From a virus (Duplodnaviria > Caudoviricetes), in the IMG/VR virus record IMGVR_UViG_3300037755_000377, positions 1-60,348 of that record: a stretch of 60,348 bases of DNA; one strand, 5' to 3'. The notes under the pieces were generated by a model that was not told the origin of the DNA, ran no database searches, and saw only the letters and a list, made by a program, of their open reading frames with translations. The stretch's first letter is position 1. Every line of letters starts with the position of its first letter. A program made the position numbers and the translations under genes. Shown in pieces: positions 1 through 8,538 of the stretch.

Positions 1-311
1 CGACCTCTTCCTTTTCTGAACATGTCCTTATTGTTGTCGGCTCTAGTCCCGATAAATAGGTGATCAGGACGAACACATCTCGGATTATCACAATGATGAC
101 AGATCACAGAGCCGCCAACATCCTTACCTTTAGATATCCAATACGAAATTCGATGGGCTAAAAATACTCTTCGCTTAATGCCCATACGCCCATACCCACG
201 TATTAATGAAGAATGAAATATCCAACAACCGTCAGTCCTTTCGACCTTTGACCAAAATCTCTGGATTTCCGCCGGGCTGAGCGTCGGAATGTTCACTGAG
301 TCGTTTTGCAT
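1..311 (-). CDS. HNH homing endonuclease (HNH_3 type), 5' part; continues at the other window end (60121-60348)
   Basis: Not in ORF track. Manual translation from ATG 311 (RBS GAGG): MQNDSVNIPTLSPAEIQRFWSKVERTDGCWIF...GYGRM...LAHRISY...VICHHCDNPRCVRPDHLFIGTRADNNKDMFRKGRG; overlaps the integrase 3' end. Confidence 0.85.
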   Translation of the reverse strand, partial: MQNDSVNIPTLSPAEIQRFWSKVERTDGCWIFHSSLIRGYGRMGIKRRVFLAHRISYWISKGKDVGGSVICHHCDNPRCVRPDHLFIGTRADNNKDMFRKGRG

Positions 312-1329
312 TAACTGCCTCGTTTGGTGCCAAGTAGTTTAGGTAAATTTCTGTAGTTTTAATGCTTGAGTGCCCAAGGTGCTTTGAAAGCAAATAGATC
401 GACCGCCCCGCCCGCAGCCATTCGACGGCGTGCAGGTGCCGCAGATCGTGAAACCGGAAAGGTCGGAACTCCAGATTGTCCATGGATACTTCCCGTACGA
501 TCGCTGCAAACCGGCTTGAAACATTGCGGTATCGCTCGCCATTTTTGCCGTGCCAGAACAGGAAATGACTTCCGACGTGGGCCGGGAGATGACGAAGTAG
601 ATCATAGGCCCCTCCATAATTTAGGTTGATGACCCGGAGCTTGTTGCCCTTGCCAATCACCGTCAGTTCGCGGCGGTCGTGGTCCAAATTACGGCGCAGC
701 GCGGTGGCCAGCTCATTCTGCCGGCAGCCCGTGGCCCATGCCGCCCGGATCATGGCTGAGAACAGCCCAGGAGCCCGCCTGATGACCTTTTCAATATCCG
801 CCGGCTCGGGCAGCACGATCGGGTCGCGGCGCTCCCTGATCGACCTGAGCCGGTCCAGAGCTGGGTTCCCACGCATCCAGCCTTCCGCCCCGGCGTGGAT
901 CAGCACGGATGACAGGGCGGTCAGGTCGCGCCGGATGGTGGCGGGGGTCGCGCCGGCCATGCGGCGTTCCCTGGTAATGATGGAGATCAGGTCATCATCT
1001 ATCTCGTCGACGAAACGACCGCGAAGCCGTGACTCCAATTGCCGGAGCGAACTGGCATAGCGCTTGGCCGTGGCCGGACCGATGCCGCGTTCGGGGATGA
1101 AATTTTCCGCCCAGGATATCACCGCGTCCTCATAGCTCGTTCGTGCATCGCCATAGTGTGCCGCTGCGATCAGTCGTTTCCGGTCTGCATTGAACCGTGT
1201 TTGCGCAAGCTGCTGATCGTCCGTTCGTAGCGACCATCGGTGCTCTTGACCCTTGACCTTGATCCGCGCCCAGATGACCTTACCGTTCCAATAGAGGTTC
1301 TTCGGGAGCTTGCGGCGGCGCTTGGGCAT
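232..1329 (-). CDS. int: tyrosine recombinase / phage integrase
   Basis: TGCRQNEL (Arg), GKGNK (Lys), FHDLRH, LGHSSIKTTEIY motifs; start at MPKRRRK with RBS GAGGA (track ORF 232..1380). Confidence 0.95.
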   Translation of the reverse strand: MPKRRRKLPKNLYWNGKVIWARIKVKGQEHRWSLRTDDQQLAQTRFNADRKRLIAAAHYGDARTSYEDAVISWAENFIPERGIGPATAKRYASSLRQLESRLRGRFVDEIDDDLISIITRERRMAGATPATIRRDLTALSSVLIHAGAEGWMRGNPALDRLRSIRERRDPIVLPEPADIEKVIRRAPGLFSAMIRAAWATGCRQNELATALRRNLDHDRRELTVIGKGNKLRVINLNYGGAYDLLRHLPAHVGSHFLFWHGKNGERYRNVSSRFAAIVREVSMDNLEFRPFRFHDLRHLHAVEWLRAGRSIYLLSKHLGHSSIKTTEIYLNYLAPNEAVNAKRLSEHSDAQPGGNPEILVKGRKD

Positions 1330-1520
1330 CGTTCCAGTTCCTCGATCCATGCGCAGAGCTTGGCCACGTCGAATGTCCACTCGTGGCCGATCTTGGCGGC
1401 GCCCGGAATGACGCCGTCCTGGGCCATGTTGCGCAGTGCGCGGGCGCCTTTGCCGGTCGCGACCATGGCCTGAGCCATCTTGATCCGCTTGCGCACGATT
1501 GGAAGGGCGCTAAGCCGCAT
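1170..1520 (-). CDS. putative excisionase / recombination directionality factor (HTH)
   Basis: ALRNMAQDGVIPGAAKIGHEWTFD resembles Xis/MerR-like HTH; immediately upstream of and overlapping int. Confidence 0.7.
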   Translation of the reverse strand: MRLSALPIVRKRIKMAQAMVATGKGARALRNMAQDGVIPGAAKIGHEWTFDVAKLCAWIEELERCPSAAASSRRTSIGTVRSSGRGSRSRVKSTDGRYERTISSLRKHGSMQTGND

Positions 1521-1533
1521 TGTTCACAGGCCC

Positions 1534-1707
1534 CTATTCTGCCTCGGCCGCGTTCATGTGATCTACTATCCGCTGCACTTGCTCACGAATCCATTTCTCG
1601 TCAGCACCGCTCGCATATGGAAATGCGTCAACAATGCGAACTCCATCCCGATTGATCCGGAGATACCCGCCGCTTTTACCGTTTGTGTTGTCTTCAATCG
1701 TCCACAT
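1534..1707 (-). CDS. small hypothetical protein (57 aa)
   Basis: Manual ORF MWTIEDNTNGKSGGYLRINRDG...AAEAE filling the gap in the minus-strand operon. Confidence 0.55.
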   Translation of the reverse strand: MWTIEDNTNGKSGGYLRINRDGVRIVDAFPYASGADEKWIREQVQRIVDHMNAAEAE

Positions 1708-1733
1708 CTTTTATCATTCCTTTGCATGGGTGA

Positions 1734-2075
1734 TCATTCAGATATAGCCTCAAAGAGATTGTCTTCGGCTATTGTTTCAATGATATCAGAATGAAGTTCA
1801 CGAACACTAATTTTGCGCCGTCTTGCCTCACGAGCCCATGCTAGTTTAGTTTTTCCCTGCACGGGACATGCCATCTCACCACCGAAATCCTCGGATTTCC
1901 ACATACGCCAATATCTCTCAACGGTGTTTTTTTGAACACCGCATCGTGCCGCCGTAACGCGCACACTCAAGCTGGTCTCATAAGCCTCTTTCAGCATTTT
2001 TATTTTGTCTTCATGAAGCCTATTCACTGAACCCGCTCCCGGACGATTGGAAGCCGTGCAACGGACATTGTTCAC
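1734..2075 (-). CDS. HTH-containing DNA-binding protein
   Basis: LSVRVTAARCGVQKNTVERYW helix-turn-helix; GTG start with GGAG RBS. Confidence 0.6.
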   Translation of the reverse strand: MNNVRCTASNRPGAGSVNRLHEDKIKMLKEAYETSLSVRVTAARCGVQKNTVERYWRMWKSEDFGGEMACPVQGKTKLAWAREARRRKISVRELHSDIIETIAEDNLFEAISE

Positions 2076-2095
2076 AGGCTCCAGTGGTCGATGGG

Positions 2096-2440
2096 TTAGC
2101 AGGAGCACGAAAAATAGGTTGCGCGCGTGCCACTGATCGGGCGCCCGATTACAACCTCGATATGGTCCCAAAATTCCGGATCAAGTTTGTTCCTGAATTG
2201 AAGAAAGACGGCCGGGAAGACAGCCCGTTCATCGAAGTAGTGTTCTCCATTGTCATCAAGTTTGGCCTGCGCGCAGACCTTGGCCCATACGTTTTGCCCT
2301 GGCGTCAGGAAAGGCTCGAAGCTGCGACAATGATGTTTGATTGACCTAACATCGTGGCCTTTGATGGCAGCGGCCAATGCACGCTTTAGGTCGCAGTCAT
2401 TGCGCTTCGCGCATGGTCGGCAGGTTCGATAGATAGTCAT
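2096..2440 (-). CDS. Cys-rich hypothetical protein
   Basis: CxxC motif, tightly packed in operon. Confidence 0.55.
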   Translation of the reverse strand: MTIYRTCRPCAKRNDCDLKRALAAAIKGHDVRSIKHHCRSFEPFLTPGQNVWAKVCAQAKLDDNGEHYFDERAVFPAVFLQFRNKLDPEFWDHIEVVIGRPISGTRATYFSCSC

Positions 2441-2660
2441 GCGGCATCACCCTCCGCTTCCTTGATTGCGAATTTAGCTGTCTGACCGATATGCTGGATT
2501 TGTTGCGCTTGACGTAGAAATCTTTTGTCTTTCCGCTTTCGCCACCAAAGGCGATGATCATATCCTGCGTTTCGGATGGGTGTTTTAACAACGAGGTACC
2601 CGCTCGCATTGCCAACACCATATCCTCGCTATCGGCATCCAGTATGAGGCGGAGTCTCAT
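2397..2660 (-). CDS. hypothetical protein
   Basis: ATGA coupling with upstream gene. Confidence 0.55.
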   Translation of the reverse strand: MRLRLILDADSEDMVLAMRAGTSLLKHPSETQDMIIAFGGESGKTKDFYVKRNKSSISVRQLNSQSRKRRVMPHDYLSNLPTMREAQ

Positions 2661-2908
2661 TCTTCCGCTTCCTTGATTGCGGCGTCGATCATATGGCTAT
2701 ATACTTCTTCATATCGAAGGTTTGATCGGATCAGACGCCACGCCTCATTGATCATTTCGTCGTTTGGCTCCACCATCACCTTCAATACTGCGATGGCCTT
2801 GCGTATTGATGATGTGCGGCGGTTTTTGTATGCGAGGGTGTCGCCAGCACCAAGCGCGACCCACGCTTGCGGCTCAAGTATGTGCGCTATGCGTTCGACC
2901 ATCGTCAT
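2657..2908 (-). CDS. hypothetical protein
   Basis: Operon packing; AIAVLKVMVEPNDEMI...YSHMIDAAI pattern common in phage early small proteins. Confidence 0.6.
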   Translation of the reverse strand: MTMVERIAHILEPQAWVALGAGDTLAYKNRRTSSIRKAIAVLKVMVEPNDEMINEAWRLIRSNLRYEEVYSHMIDAAIKEAEE

Positions 2909-2911
2909 GTT

Positions 2912-3433
2912 TCATCCCACCACGCTCGGCTGTATTTGCCAGGCCTTGTAATCTGATAAGAGACGGCGCCAATCGTTGTTGGTGTGTGTCAGTTCTGATC
3001 TCGACCTCACACCGCATAGTTGGCAGACAACGCCGGCGGCGACGTGCTTGTCTGGCGTTTCTTCGGAATCGCCACCGCGCCAAAGATCGTCGTAGCTCTC
3101 AATCAGGAACGCCTGAAACTGCGGTAGTGTGCAGAGATACCCCGCCACTTGTGCGGCCGATTTCCTTGGCGCCCCCTGCGGCTCGGAAGCTACAGGGGGC
3201 GGGGTTGTAACATCACGGGTCTGTCCTTTGGTATTGGCACCACCCCCTTCCTGTTCCAATCGAGCAATGGCTACCCAACATTCACTTGCTGGATTTGGCA
3301 TCCCGCCAAGAACCTCCAAAGCCTGATTGGCTTGCTCCAGAGGAATCTCGAATATGAGTTGGATGCACATGCGCGTCTTAATCAGCTTAAAATCGCTGTA
3401 GCTTGCAGTGAGTGCCGCCCGGTTGTCGGTCAT
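2912..3433 (-). CDS. hypothetical phage protein (recombination module)
   Basis: 173 aa ORF directly after the SSB-like gene; CGVRSRSEL motif. Confidence 0.65.
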   Translation of the reverse strand: MTDNRAALTASYSDFKLIKTRMCIQLIFEIPLEQANQALEVLGGMPNPASECWVAIARLEQEGGGANTKGQTRDVTTPPPVASEPQGAPRKSAAQVAGYLCTLPQFQAFLIESYDDLWRGGDSEETPDKHVAAGVVCQLCGVRSRSELTHTNNDWRRLLSDYKAWQIQPSVVG

Positions 3434-3440
3434 AGATCAC

Positions 3441-3836
3441 CTAAAAAGGCACTTCGTCCGACATGTCATCACGTTGCTGCGCATGGACTTGCTGCGCAGG
3501 AACCTGTGGCGGCGGCGGTGCCTGATACGACACGCGGGCTGCCGTCTTAACCCGGATGGCGTCAACAGACCGGCCCTGAAAATCAACGATGGTCGGGTAG
3601 AGGATGATTTCTCTACCAATCCAATTGTCTGTTTCTTCGCCATAGGCGTGGCTTATGTTGTTCGCGTTGGTACGGTTGCAAACTAGACCGCGCTCTTTCC
3701 CACGAAAGTATATGACGGGCTTTTGGTCGCCGCCGATGTCTTCCAGCACAACCTTATCGATGATGACGGTTACATTTCTGTCCTGCAAATCCGCAGCTTT
3801 CAGATAAGCCGATGGGTACGCCGCCGATATTCTCAT
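3441..3836 (-). CDS. putative single-stranded DNA-binding protein
   Basis: YLKAADL N-terminus, Pro/Gln linker, acidic tail DDMSDEVPF typical of SSBs. Confidence 0.65.
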   Translation of the reverse strand: MRISAAYPSAYLKAADLQDRNVTVIIDKVVLEDIGGDQKPVIYFRGKERGLVCNRTNANNISHAYGEETDNWIGREIILYPTIVDFQGRSVDAIRVKTAARVSYQAPPPPQVPAQQVHAQQRDDMSDEVPF

Positions 3837-3845
3837 GATGCTCTC

Positions 3846-4340
3846 CTATTTGATGCGAATGGAAATTGTTGGTTCAGCGTTGCTCATGACAGCGCCTGGA
3901 ACGTCCAGCCCGCTTGCCAGCGCAGCCTTGATGCTGGTCTTGTCCGGCTCACGTTTGAGCCTGTAATAGCCGTCCGGGATAGCCGTTTCGTCGCTGATGA
4001 TGACCTTTGGCGTGCCGTTCCGGATTGATAGAGTGGCCTCAGGAAGTTCGGCCTTCTTGATGTTGGCCGCCTGCATGAGCTTGAATGCCAGCGTGCGGAA
4101 TGCCTCGATACGGCGGCCAAGTCGCGCCCTGCGCTCGGCAAGCTCTTTCATGTATTCCGCCGTTCCGGCTGCTGTTGCCTCGGTCTCGCCAATGCGCCGG
4201 ACCAGCATGGACAAGAATTCGAATGTGCTGGTCTGTCCTTCGACCATATCGGCGCGCAACTGTTCGTCGTCTTCCAATTCCGGATAGAGCAATATGAGAT
4301 TGGCGATCTCATGCTCGATTTGCTGCGGGTTGAAGTTCAT
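3846..4340 (-). CDS. Siphovirus Gp157-family protein
   Basis: Coiled coil then IPDGYYRLKREPDKTSIKAALASGLDVPGA...ISIR signature. Confidence 0.8.
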   Translation of the reverse strand: MNFNPQQIEHEIANLILLYPELEDDEQLRADMVEGQTSTFEFLSMLVRRIGETEATAAGTAEYMKELAERRARLGRRIEAFRTLAFKLMQAANIKKAELPEATLSIRNGTPKVIISDETAIPDGYYRLKREPDKTSIKAALASGLDVPGAVMSNAEPTISIRIK

Positions 4341-4876
4341 GATAGATTCCTCACGCGCTCCCACATGGCCTCTTTCTCGGCATTAGCCTTGTTGACCTGG
4401 GCTACCAACGATTTGACTTGATCCTCAAGATCAAGAATGCGCTCGTTGACAAGCAAATCGCGGTGCGCATCAACAATCTGCTTGCGCAGGGCGACCGCGC
4501 CTTGCTCAAATAATTCGCCGTGAATGACAGAATGCCACTCATGGTCTTCGCGCTTCCGGCCCGACGTATCCACATCGCTGCGGCCGGTCCACCCAATGTA
4601 TTTGCCGTCCTTGCCGCGTTTTTCACATGAAAGATACCGGCGCATCTGATCTTCATTTCCCGCCAGCATCATCTCAACGGCATGCTGCGCCATGTCGGCT
4701 GCATATGCGGCGAGGTTTGGAGCCAAGTCATCTTTAATCTGGTAGAGCAGCGTCGATTCCAGTTCTTCTGCGGCCGATATGAGTTTCTTGTGGACATGCT
4801 TAAAGGTTTCGTCTGTGATGCCCTCGTTAAGACTCTTGGCCAATGCATTGCGCATTTCAGCGTCAATTTTACTCAT
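4337..4876 (-). CDS. hypothetical protein
   Basis: 179 aa, ATGA-coupled on both sides. Confidence 0.65.
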   Translation of the reverse strand: MSKIDAEMRNALAKSLNEGITDETFKHVHKKLISAAEELESTLLYQIKDDLAPNLAAYAADMAQHAVEMMLAGNEDQMRRYLSCEKRGKDGKYIGWTGRSDVDTSGRKREDHEWHSVIHGELFEQGAVALRKQIVDAHRDLLVNERILDLEDQVKSLVAQVNKANAEKEAMWERVRNLS

Positions 4877-5145
4877 GCCGCACCTGCCAGCTCACGATCA
4901 GACTTCACCGGCAGCGATTTGTAATAAGTCAGCGCGGACCTGATATCGAGCAAGGCTTGTTCCAGCTCGATTTCAGCCTTGGCCAGTTCTGCCTCCGCAA
5001 CAGTTGGATATTGCCAGTCAGGCCGCGCCGGCAGATCGCGAATGTCGTTGTTGACCCACCCGGCCCATCTGGCAGCACTCGTGGCCTGCTCGCGAATGAG
5101 ACGTAGCTTGCCCCAATAGCGATTGTCGATTTCTGTGTTGGTCAT
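4873..5145 (-). CDS. hypothetical protein
   Basis: Operon packing. Confidence 0.55.
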   Translation of the reverse strand: MTNTEIDNRYWGKLRLIREQATSAARWAGWVNNDIRDLPARPDWQYPTVAEAELAKAEIELEQALLDIRSALTYYKSLPVKSDRELAGAA

Positions 5146-5273
5146 ATCGCACCTGCTATCACAAGGATGTCGGCAACCAGCCAAAGGCCAAAAAACACCG
5201 TCGCAACCGCTATGATAAGGATTGCAACGACGCCGATCATGTCGACCCAGTCAAACAGCGGTGAGTCGTTCAT
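5142..5273 (-). CDS. small membrane protein (43 aa)
   Basis: Manual ORF MNDSPLFDWVDMIGVVAILIIAVATVFFGLWLVADILVIAGAI, ATGA-coupled on both sides. Confidence 0.55.
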   Translation of the reverse strand: MNDSPLFDWVDMIGVVAILIIAVATVFFGLWLVADILVIAGAI

Positions 5274-5557
5274 GCTCCGACTCCGAACTGTGCGTTAACG
5301 CGCTCAAAAACATGGAACATCAGCCGGCGGCCACTCAGCGAAGCGGTTCCGAGATAGCGCCCCTCATTTCCCGGTGCTGGATGTCCTGTGCCAACAATGA
5401 ATATCGTGCGTTTTTCAACTGGTTTACTCGGGTCACAGCGAAACCAGACACAAATCTGTTCAAATTGCTCAAGCGCACAGAGAAATTCCGCGCCGGCCGG
5501 GACTTCAACTTCTTGCACATCTGTCGCGAGCAGGGCGACTTTCCAGACCGTGTTCAT
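5270..5557 (-). CDS. conserved phage hypothetical protein
   Basis: VGTGHP...YLGT...FHVFE pattern common in small phage proteins. Confidence 0.65.
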   Translation of the reverse strand: MNTVWKVALLATDVQEVEVPAGAEFLCALEQFEQICVWFRCDPSKPVEKRTIFIVGTGHPAPGNEGRYLGTASLSGRRLMFHVFERVNAQFGVGA

Positions 5558-5799
5558 TGCGCCGCCGCCTTCGGTTCCTCGCGCAGCGCCTCGTCAATCC
5601 AGTCCCGAATGGTGCGGAGGTCGTTAGCGCTCAAGTACCGGGTTGCCTCGAAATGGTCGTTGAACAGGCCTACAACAAATTCCGTATCGCGCGGCATGAT
5701 GTAGAAACTTTGCTTCTGTGCAAGATCAAAGCCGTTGCCGTACTTGTCGGCTTGAAATTCAAGGCGTTCGATCTTCGGCTTGGTCAGTGTCGTGGTCAT
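5554..5799 (-). CDS. hypothetical protein
   Basis: Coupled ORF, RBS GAGG. Confidence 0.55.
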   Translation of the reverse strand: MTTTLTKPKIERLEFQADKYGNGFDLAQKQSFYIMPRDTEFVVGLFNDHFEATRYLSANDLRTIRDWIDEALREEPKAAAQ

Positions 5800-5808
5800 T
5801 TGATCCCC

Positions 5809-6132
5809 CTAGATTGCCGCTGCCTTCGGATGATCGCGCAGCATTTCACGATCTTCAGCAACGCGGTTCGCGGCGTCCTCAAGCTGATACAAACAATTGT
5901 CGCACATCGTGTCGTGGACGCGGTTGGTCCAGTCGGCGGCGTGAACCTCGAAAGAGTGCTCAGCCGCGTGCTCGCCAATGGCCTGCAACACACGGTCAAA
6001 TATCCTGATCAGGTCTTCGGCGTCCTTGAGCAGCGCCAAAAATTCACCGTCACTCGGGTAGGTCGACAGCCGAGTGACTTTGATGTTTGCGAGCTTAATG
6101 GCGGCTTCAAGAACGGCTTTCTGTGGGGTCAT
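5809..6132 (-). CDS. hypothetical protein
   Basis: RBS GGAGG before MTPQKAV. Confidence 0.6.
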   Translation of the reverse strand: MTPQKAVLEAAIKLANIKVTRLSTYPSDGEFLALLKDAEDLIRIFDRVLQAIGEHAAEHSFEVHAADWTNRVHDTMCDNCLYQLEDAANRVAEDREMLRDHPKAAAI

Positions 6133-6220
6133 GACGACGCCTCCAATTCGGTTAGGCGCGCGCAAAATCGTCCGCGCGGCGCGGTATCCAGGTCAGATTG
6201 TGTGAATTTCCGGAGTGCGG

Positions 6221-6340
6221 TCAGGAGGCGGCGAGCAGCCAATCCATGAACCGGACCGCCAAGGCCACCATCCCGACAACAATGACCAGGACCGCGATCA
6301 GCTCCAGCGCGCGGCTCCAGGTGAGGTCGATGTAGCGCAT
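6221..6340 (-). CDS. small membrane protein (39 aa)
   Basis: Manual ORF MRYIDLTWSRALELIAVLVIVVGMVALAVRFMDWLLAAS, RBS AGGAGG. Confidence 0.5.
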   Translation of the reverse strand: MRYIDLTWSRALELIAVLVIVVGMVALAVRFMDWLLAAS

Positions 6341-6361
6341 GTGAACCTCCTGCGGAGGCTG

Positions 6362-6604
6362 TCAGCCCTTGGTTGTTGCCCGAAGCGCCTGAACTCTGAG
6401 ATACCGCACAAATGCAGTAGCCATATCGCGCGTGGAATCGCTGTTGTAGTGCGTTCGCTCCAATTGCATCGCGGCCGCCAGGACGATCGACGAATCGTGA
6501 TCGGTTGGCATTGCCATCACCCGCCGGACCGCCTCGACAATTCCGGCCGCTTCCTTCACTCCGGGTTCCGACAATTTCAAATAGATGCGCTGAACATCGT
6601 TCAT
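6362..6604 (-). CDS. hypothetical protein near the start of the leftward early operon
   Basis: MNDVQRIYLK..., RBS GGGGGA, downstream of PL. Confidence 0.55.
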   Translation of the reverse strand: MNDVQRIYLKLSEPGVKEAAGIVEAVRRVMAMPTDHDSSIVLAAAMQLERTHYNSDSTRDMATAFVRYLRVQALRATTKG

Positions 6605-6708
6605 GGAAAATCCCCCCGTGTAATCGGGCGATTGTTGCACAATTTCCCGCAGAAATTGAAGGGACTATGGTCGCATGCAACATAACGTCCTCCGTCTATG
6701 TGGAGAAC

Positions 6709-6759
6709 GTTGCGCCAAACGCAACCAAATGTCAAGCGTCGTGTTGCGTTAAAAGCAAC
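6709..6759 (-). promoter_or_regulatory. leftward early promoter with two 17-bp operators (OL)
   Basis: GTTGCGCCAAACGCAAC (6709-6725) and GTTGCGTTAAAAGCAAC (6743-6759) flank a minus-strand TTGACA (6730-6735). Confidence 0.8.
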
Positions 6760-6761
6760 CG

Positions 6762-7022
6762 TTATGCAGCGGGCAGTGTTTTAGACCTAAGTTCCCGTAT
6801 CTCCAATAGAATTTTGAATTCGTCGGGGTGGATGCAGAGGTCCGCCGGCTGTGGAGCGTTTAGAAAATCGGCCAATGGCTCAAGATATTTATCGCTGGGC
6901 ATGGCGCCCTTGTTGAACCAGCGCGAAACGGTCGATTTGTTGGCTCCTACGGCCTCTACAAGGTCCGCCTGGCGTTTCTCGGCACCGGCTGCCCATTCTT
7001 GGATGTAGTGTTTGCGCTTCAT
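6762..7022 (-). CDS. CI-like XRE repressor (short, no S24 peptidase domain)
   Basis: RQADLVEAVGANKSTVSRWFNKGAMPS HTH; divergent from cro, between operator sets; 86 aa. Confidence 0.85.
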   Translation of the reverse strand: MKRKHYIQEWAAGAEKRQADLVEAVGANKSTVSRWFNKGAMPSDKYLEPLADFLNAPQPADLCIHPDEFKILLEIRELRSKTLPAA

Positions 7023-7055
7023 GCGCAACTTTACCCGTGGGGCCGCCAACCTGTC

Positions 7056-7106
7056 GTTATCGCGGAACGCAACGACCACTTGACAAACGGTTGCGTTTGG
7101 CGCAAC
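7056..7106 (+). promoter_or_regulatory. rightward early promoter with operators (OR)
   Basis: TTGACA 7080-7085; GTTGCGTTTGGCGCAAC (7090-7106) is the exact reverse complement of the 6709 operator; degenerate copy at 7056-7073. Confidence 0.8.
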
Positions 7107-7107
7107 C

Positions 7108-7344
7108 ATGTTCGTCATGAGCGCACTCCGCAGATTCCGCTTCGCCAGCGAGCCGCATGTGACACTGGAACAGCTCGCCGACGCCTTCGGCGTGAACAAG
7201 AGTACGGTGCTGCGCTGGGAAGAGGGCAAAATCCCCGCCGAGCGGGTACTTGATGTCGAACGACAGACGGGCGTGTCGCGTTCGGAATTGCGACCTGACT
7301 TGTATCCTGTTGATTTGGTTGAAAGTTTAGAGGCGCGCCCATGA
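7108..7344 (+). CDS. cro: Cro-like repressor (YdaS-like HTH)
   Basis: TLEQLADAFGVNKSTVLRWEEGKIPAERV...ELRPDLY; alternative start 7117. Confidence 0.85.
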   Translation: MFVMSALRRFRFASEPHVTLEQLADAFGVNKSTVLRWEEGKIPAERVLDVERQTGVSRSELRPDLYPVDLVESLEARP

Positions 7345-7499
7345 CGACGCGCCGGGAAACGCAACACTGTTGCCATAGCGATTCCTCCCGGAGGGCGTCC
7401 CCCAGTAGGAACTCTGACACGTGGTCACAATTTGGTCATCATGTTTATGCCGCGTTAACCACACGTAGCCGTGAGCGCTACGAAATTACCACCTTAAGT

Positions 7500-7950
7500 G
7501 GTGCCGGTGGGGTGCGGGGCGGCGGTGTGCAACCCCACCAGCACCTGGGCGGCGACGGCGCCCAAGCTGACAAATTCTCGAATGGCGCTTCCTGGTCCTT
7601 GTCCTTGGGTGCGCCGGCTGTGGAGGGATTTCTCCCTGTGAAGCAGCCTTATCGGCAAGGTGCTGCTGCACTGCGTGGGGGTGCAGCTCAAGACAAACCA
7701 GGGCGCCTTATAAACTGCGACTTGGTTAGCCCACGCCAATTCAGATTGCCAGTGATCGCCCCCGATCGTCCTCCTCCTGGCAATAGCGGCCGATCCTGTA
7801 GGGCATCCCAGAACCAGGGTCGGCCGCTCGTTATTCTTAGTTTGTGCGGCGGCGCTGAAAGCAGAAGCGCATCCCTCAGAGTCCGGCGCTTTGCTGCAGC
7901 ACCGCGAGCAAGACCGGAAGCCGGCGTGGCGCCCGGCCCGCACAAAACCT
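7500..7950 (+). ncRNA. candidate structured leader RNA after cro
   Basis: Helices 7500-7512/7533-7545, 7584-7610/7686-7707 enclosing several hairpins, 7785-7798/7815-7828; no credible protein. Confidence 0.45.
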
Positions 7951-8130
7951 TTCGCCGTCGCAGTTGCCAGGCTCTCTTCCGCAGCGGAGAGGTCGGTCCC
8001 TTGGTGACATTGGACTGCCGCGACGGCGATACCTGTTCTCATCATCTAAAAAACCCATCTGTTGACGGCCAGCGCGCCAACGCCGTGCCGTCGCTCTCTC
8101 GTGTTCAACAAATCACGGGAGCCGTCCGGA

Positions 8131-8517
8131 ATGTCGGAAAAGCAGGACGCGGAACGTCGAATGTCGGTCGCGTGGCGTGAAAATATCGAGGTGATCGCCG
8201 GGCAGTACAGCCCGCGCGACACTAGGGAAAGCTGGCTCGCAAGAGCGGCCCGCAGGGCTGGCATCACCTATCGCCAAGCCAAGGGGCTCTATTACGGCGA
8301 GACGACTGATCCGAAGGTGAGCGTAGCAGACAGAGTCCGCAGCGCAGCGGGGAAAGCGCGAAGCGAGGCACTAGCCCTTGCGGGTGAATACGAGGCAATC
8401 GCAGGCCGGATCAATGCGCTTAGGCATACGGACGAGGATTTTCATTGCAACGAAATCGCTGCGCTTATCGCGACGGCTCGCGCGCTTCGCGATTTGGCTG
8501 GCACCGGAGATAGCTGA
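8131..8517 (+). CDS. CII-like transcriptional regulator
   Basis: WLARAARRAGITYRQAKGLYYGE HTH; first clear gene after cro; RBS GGGAG. Confidence 0.55.
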   Translation: MSEKQDAERRMSVAWRENIEVIAGQYSPRDTRESWLARAARRAGITYRQAKGLYYGETTDPKVSVADRVRSAAGKARSEALALAGEYEAIAGRINALRHTDEDFHCNEIAALIATARALRDLAGTGDS

Positions 8518-8538
8518 ACACAAATAGGCAGGGGAGCG

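Noticed and set aside
7341-8180. 279-aa ORF after cro
   Set aside because: No domain-like features, Arg/Gly/Ser/Pro-rich, overlaps the cII-like gene; better explained as GC-rich structured RNA, though translation is not excluded.
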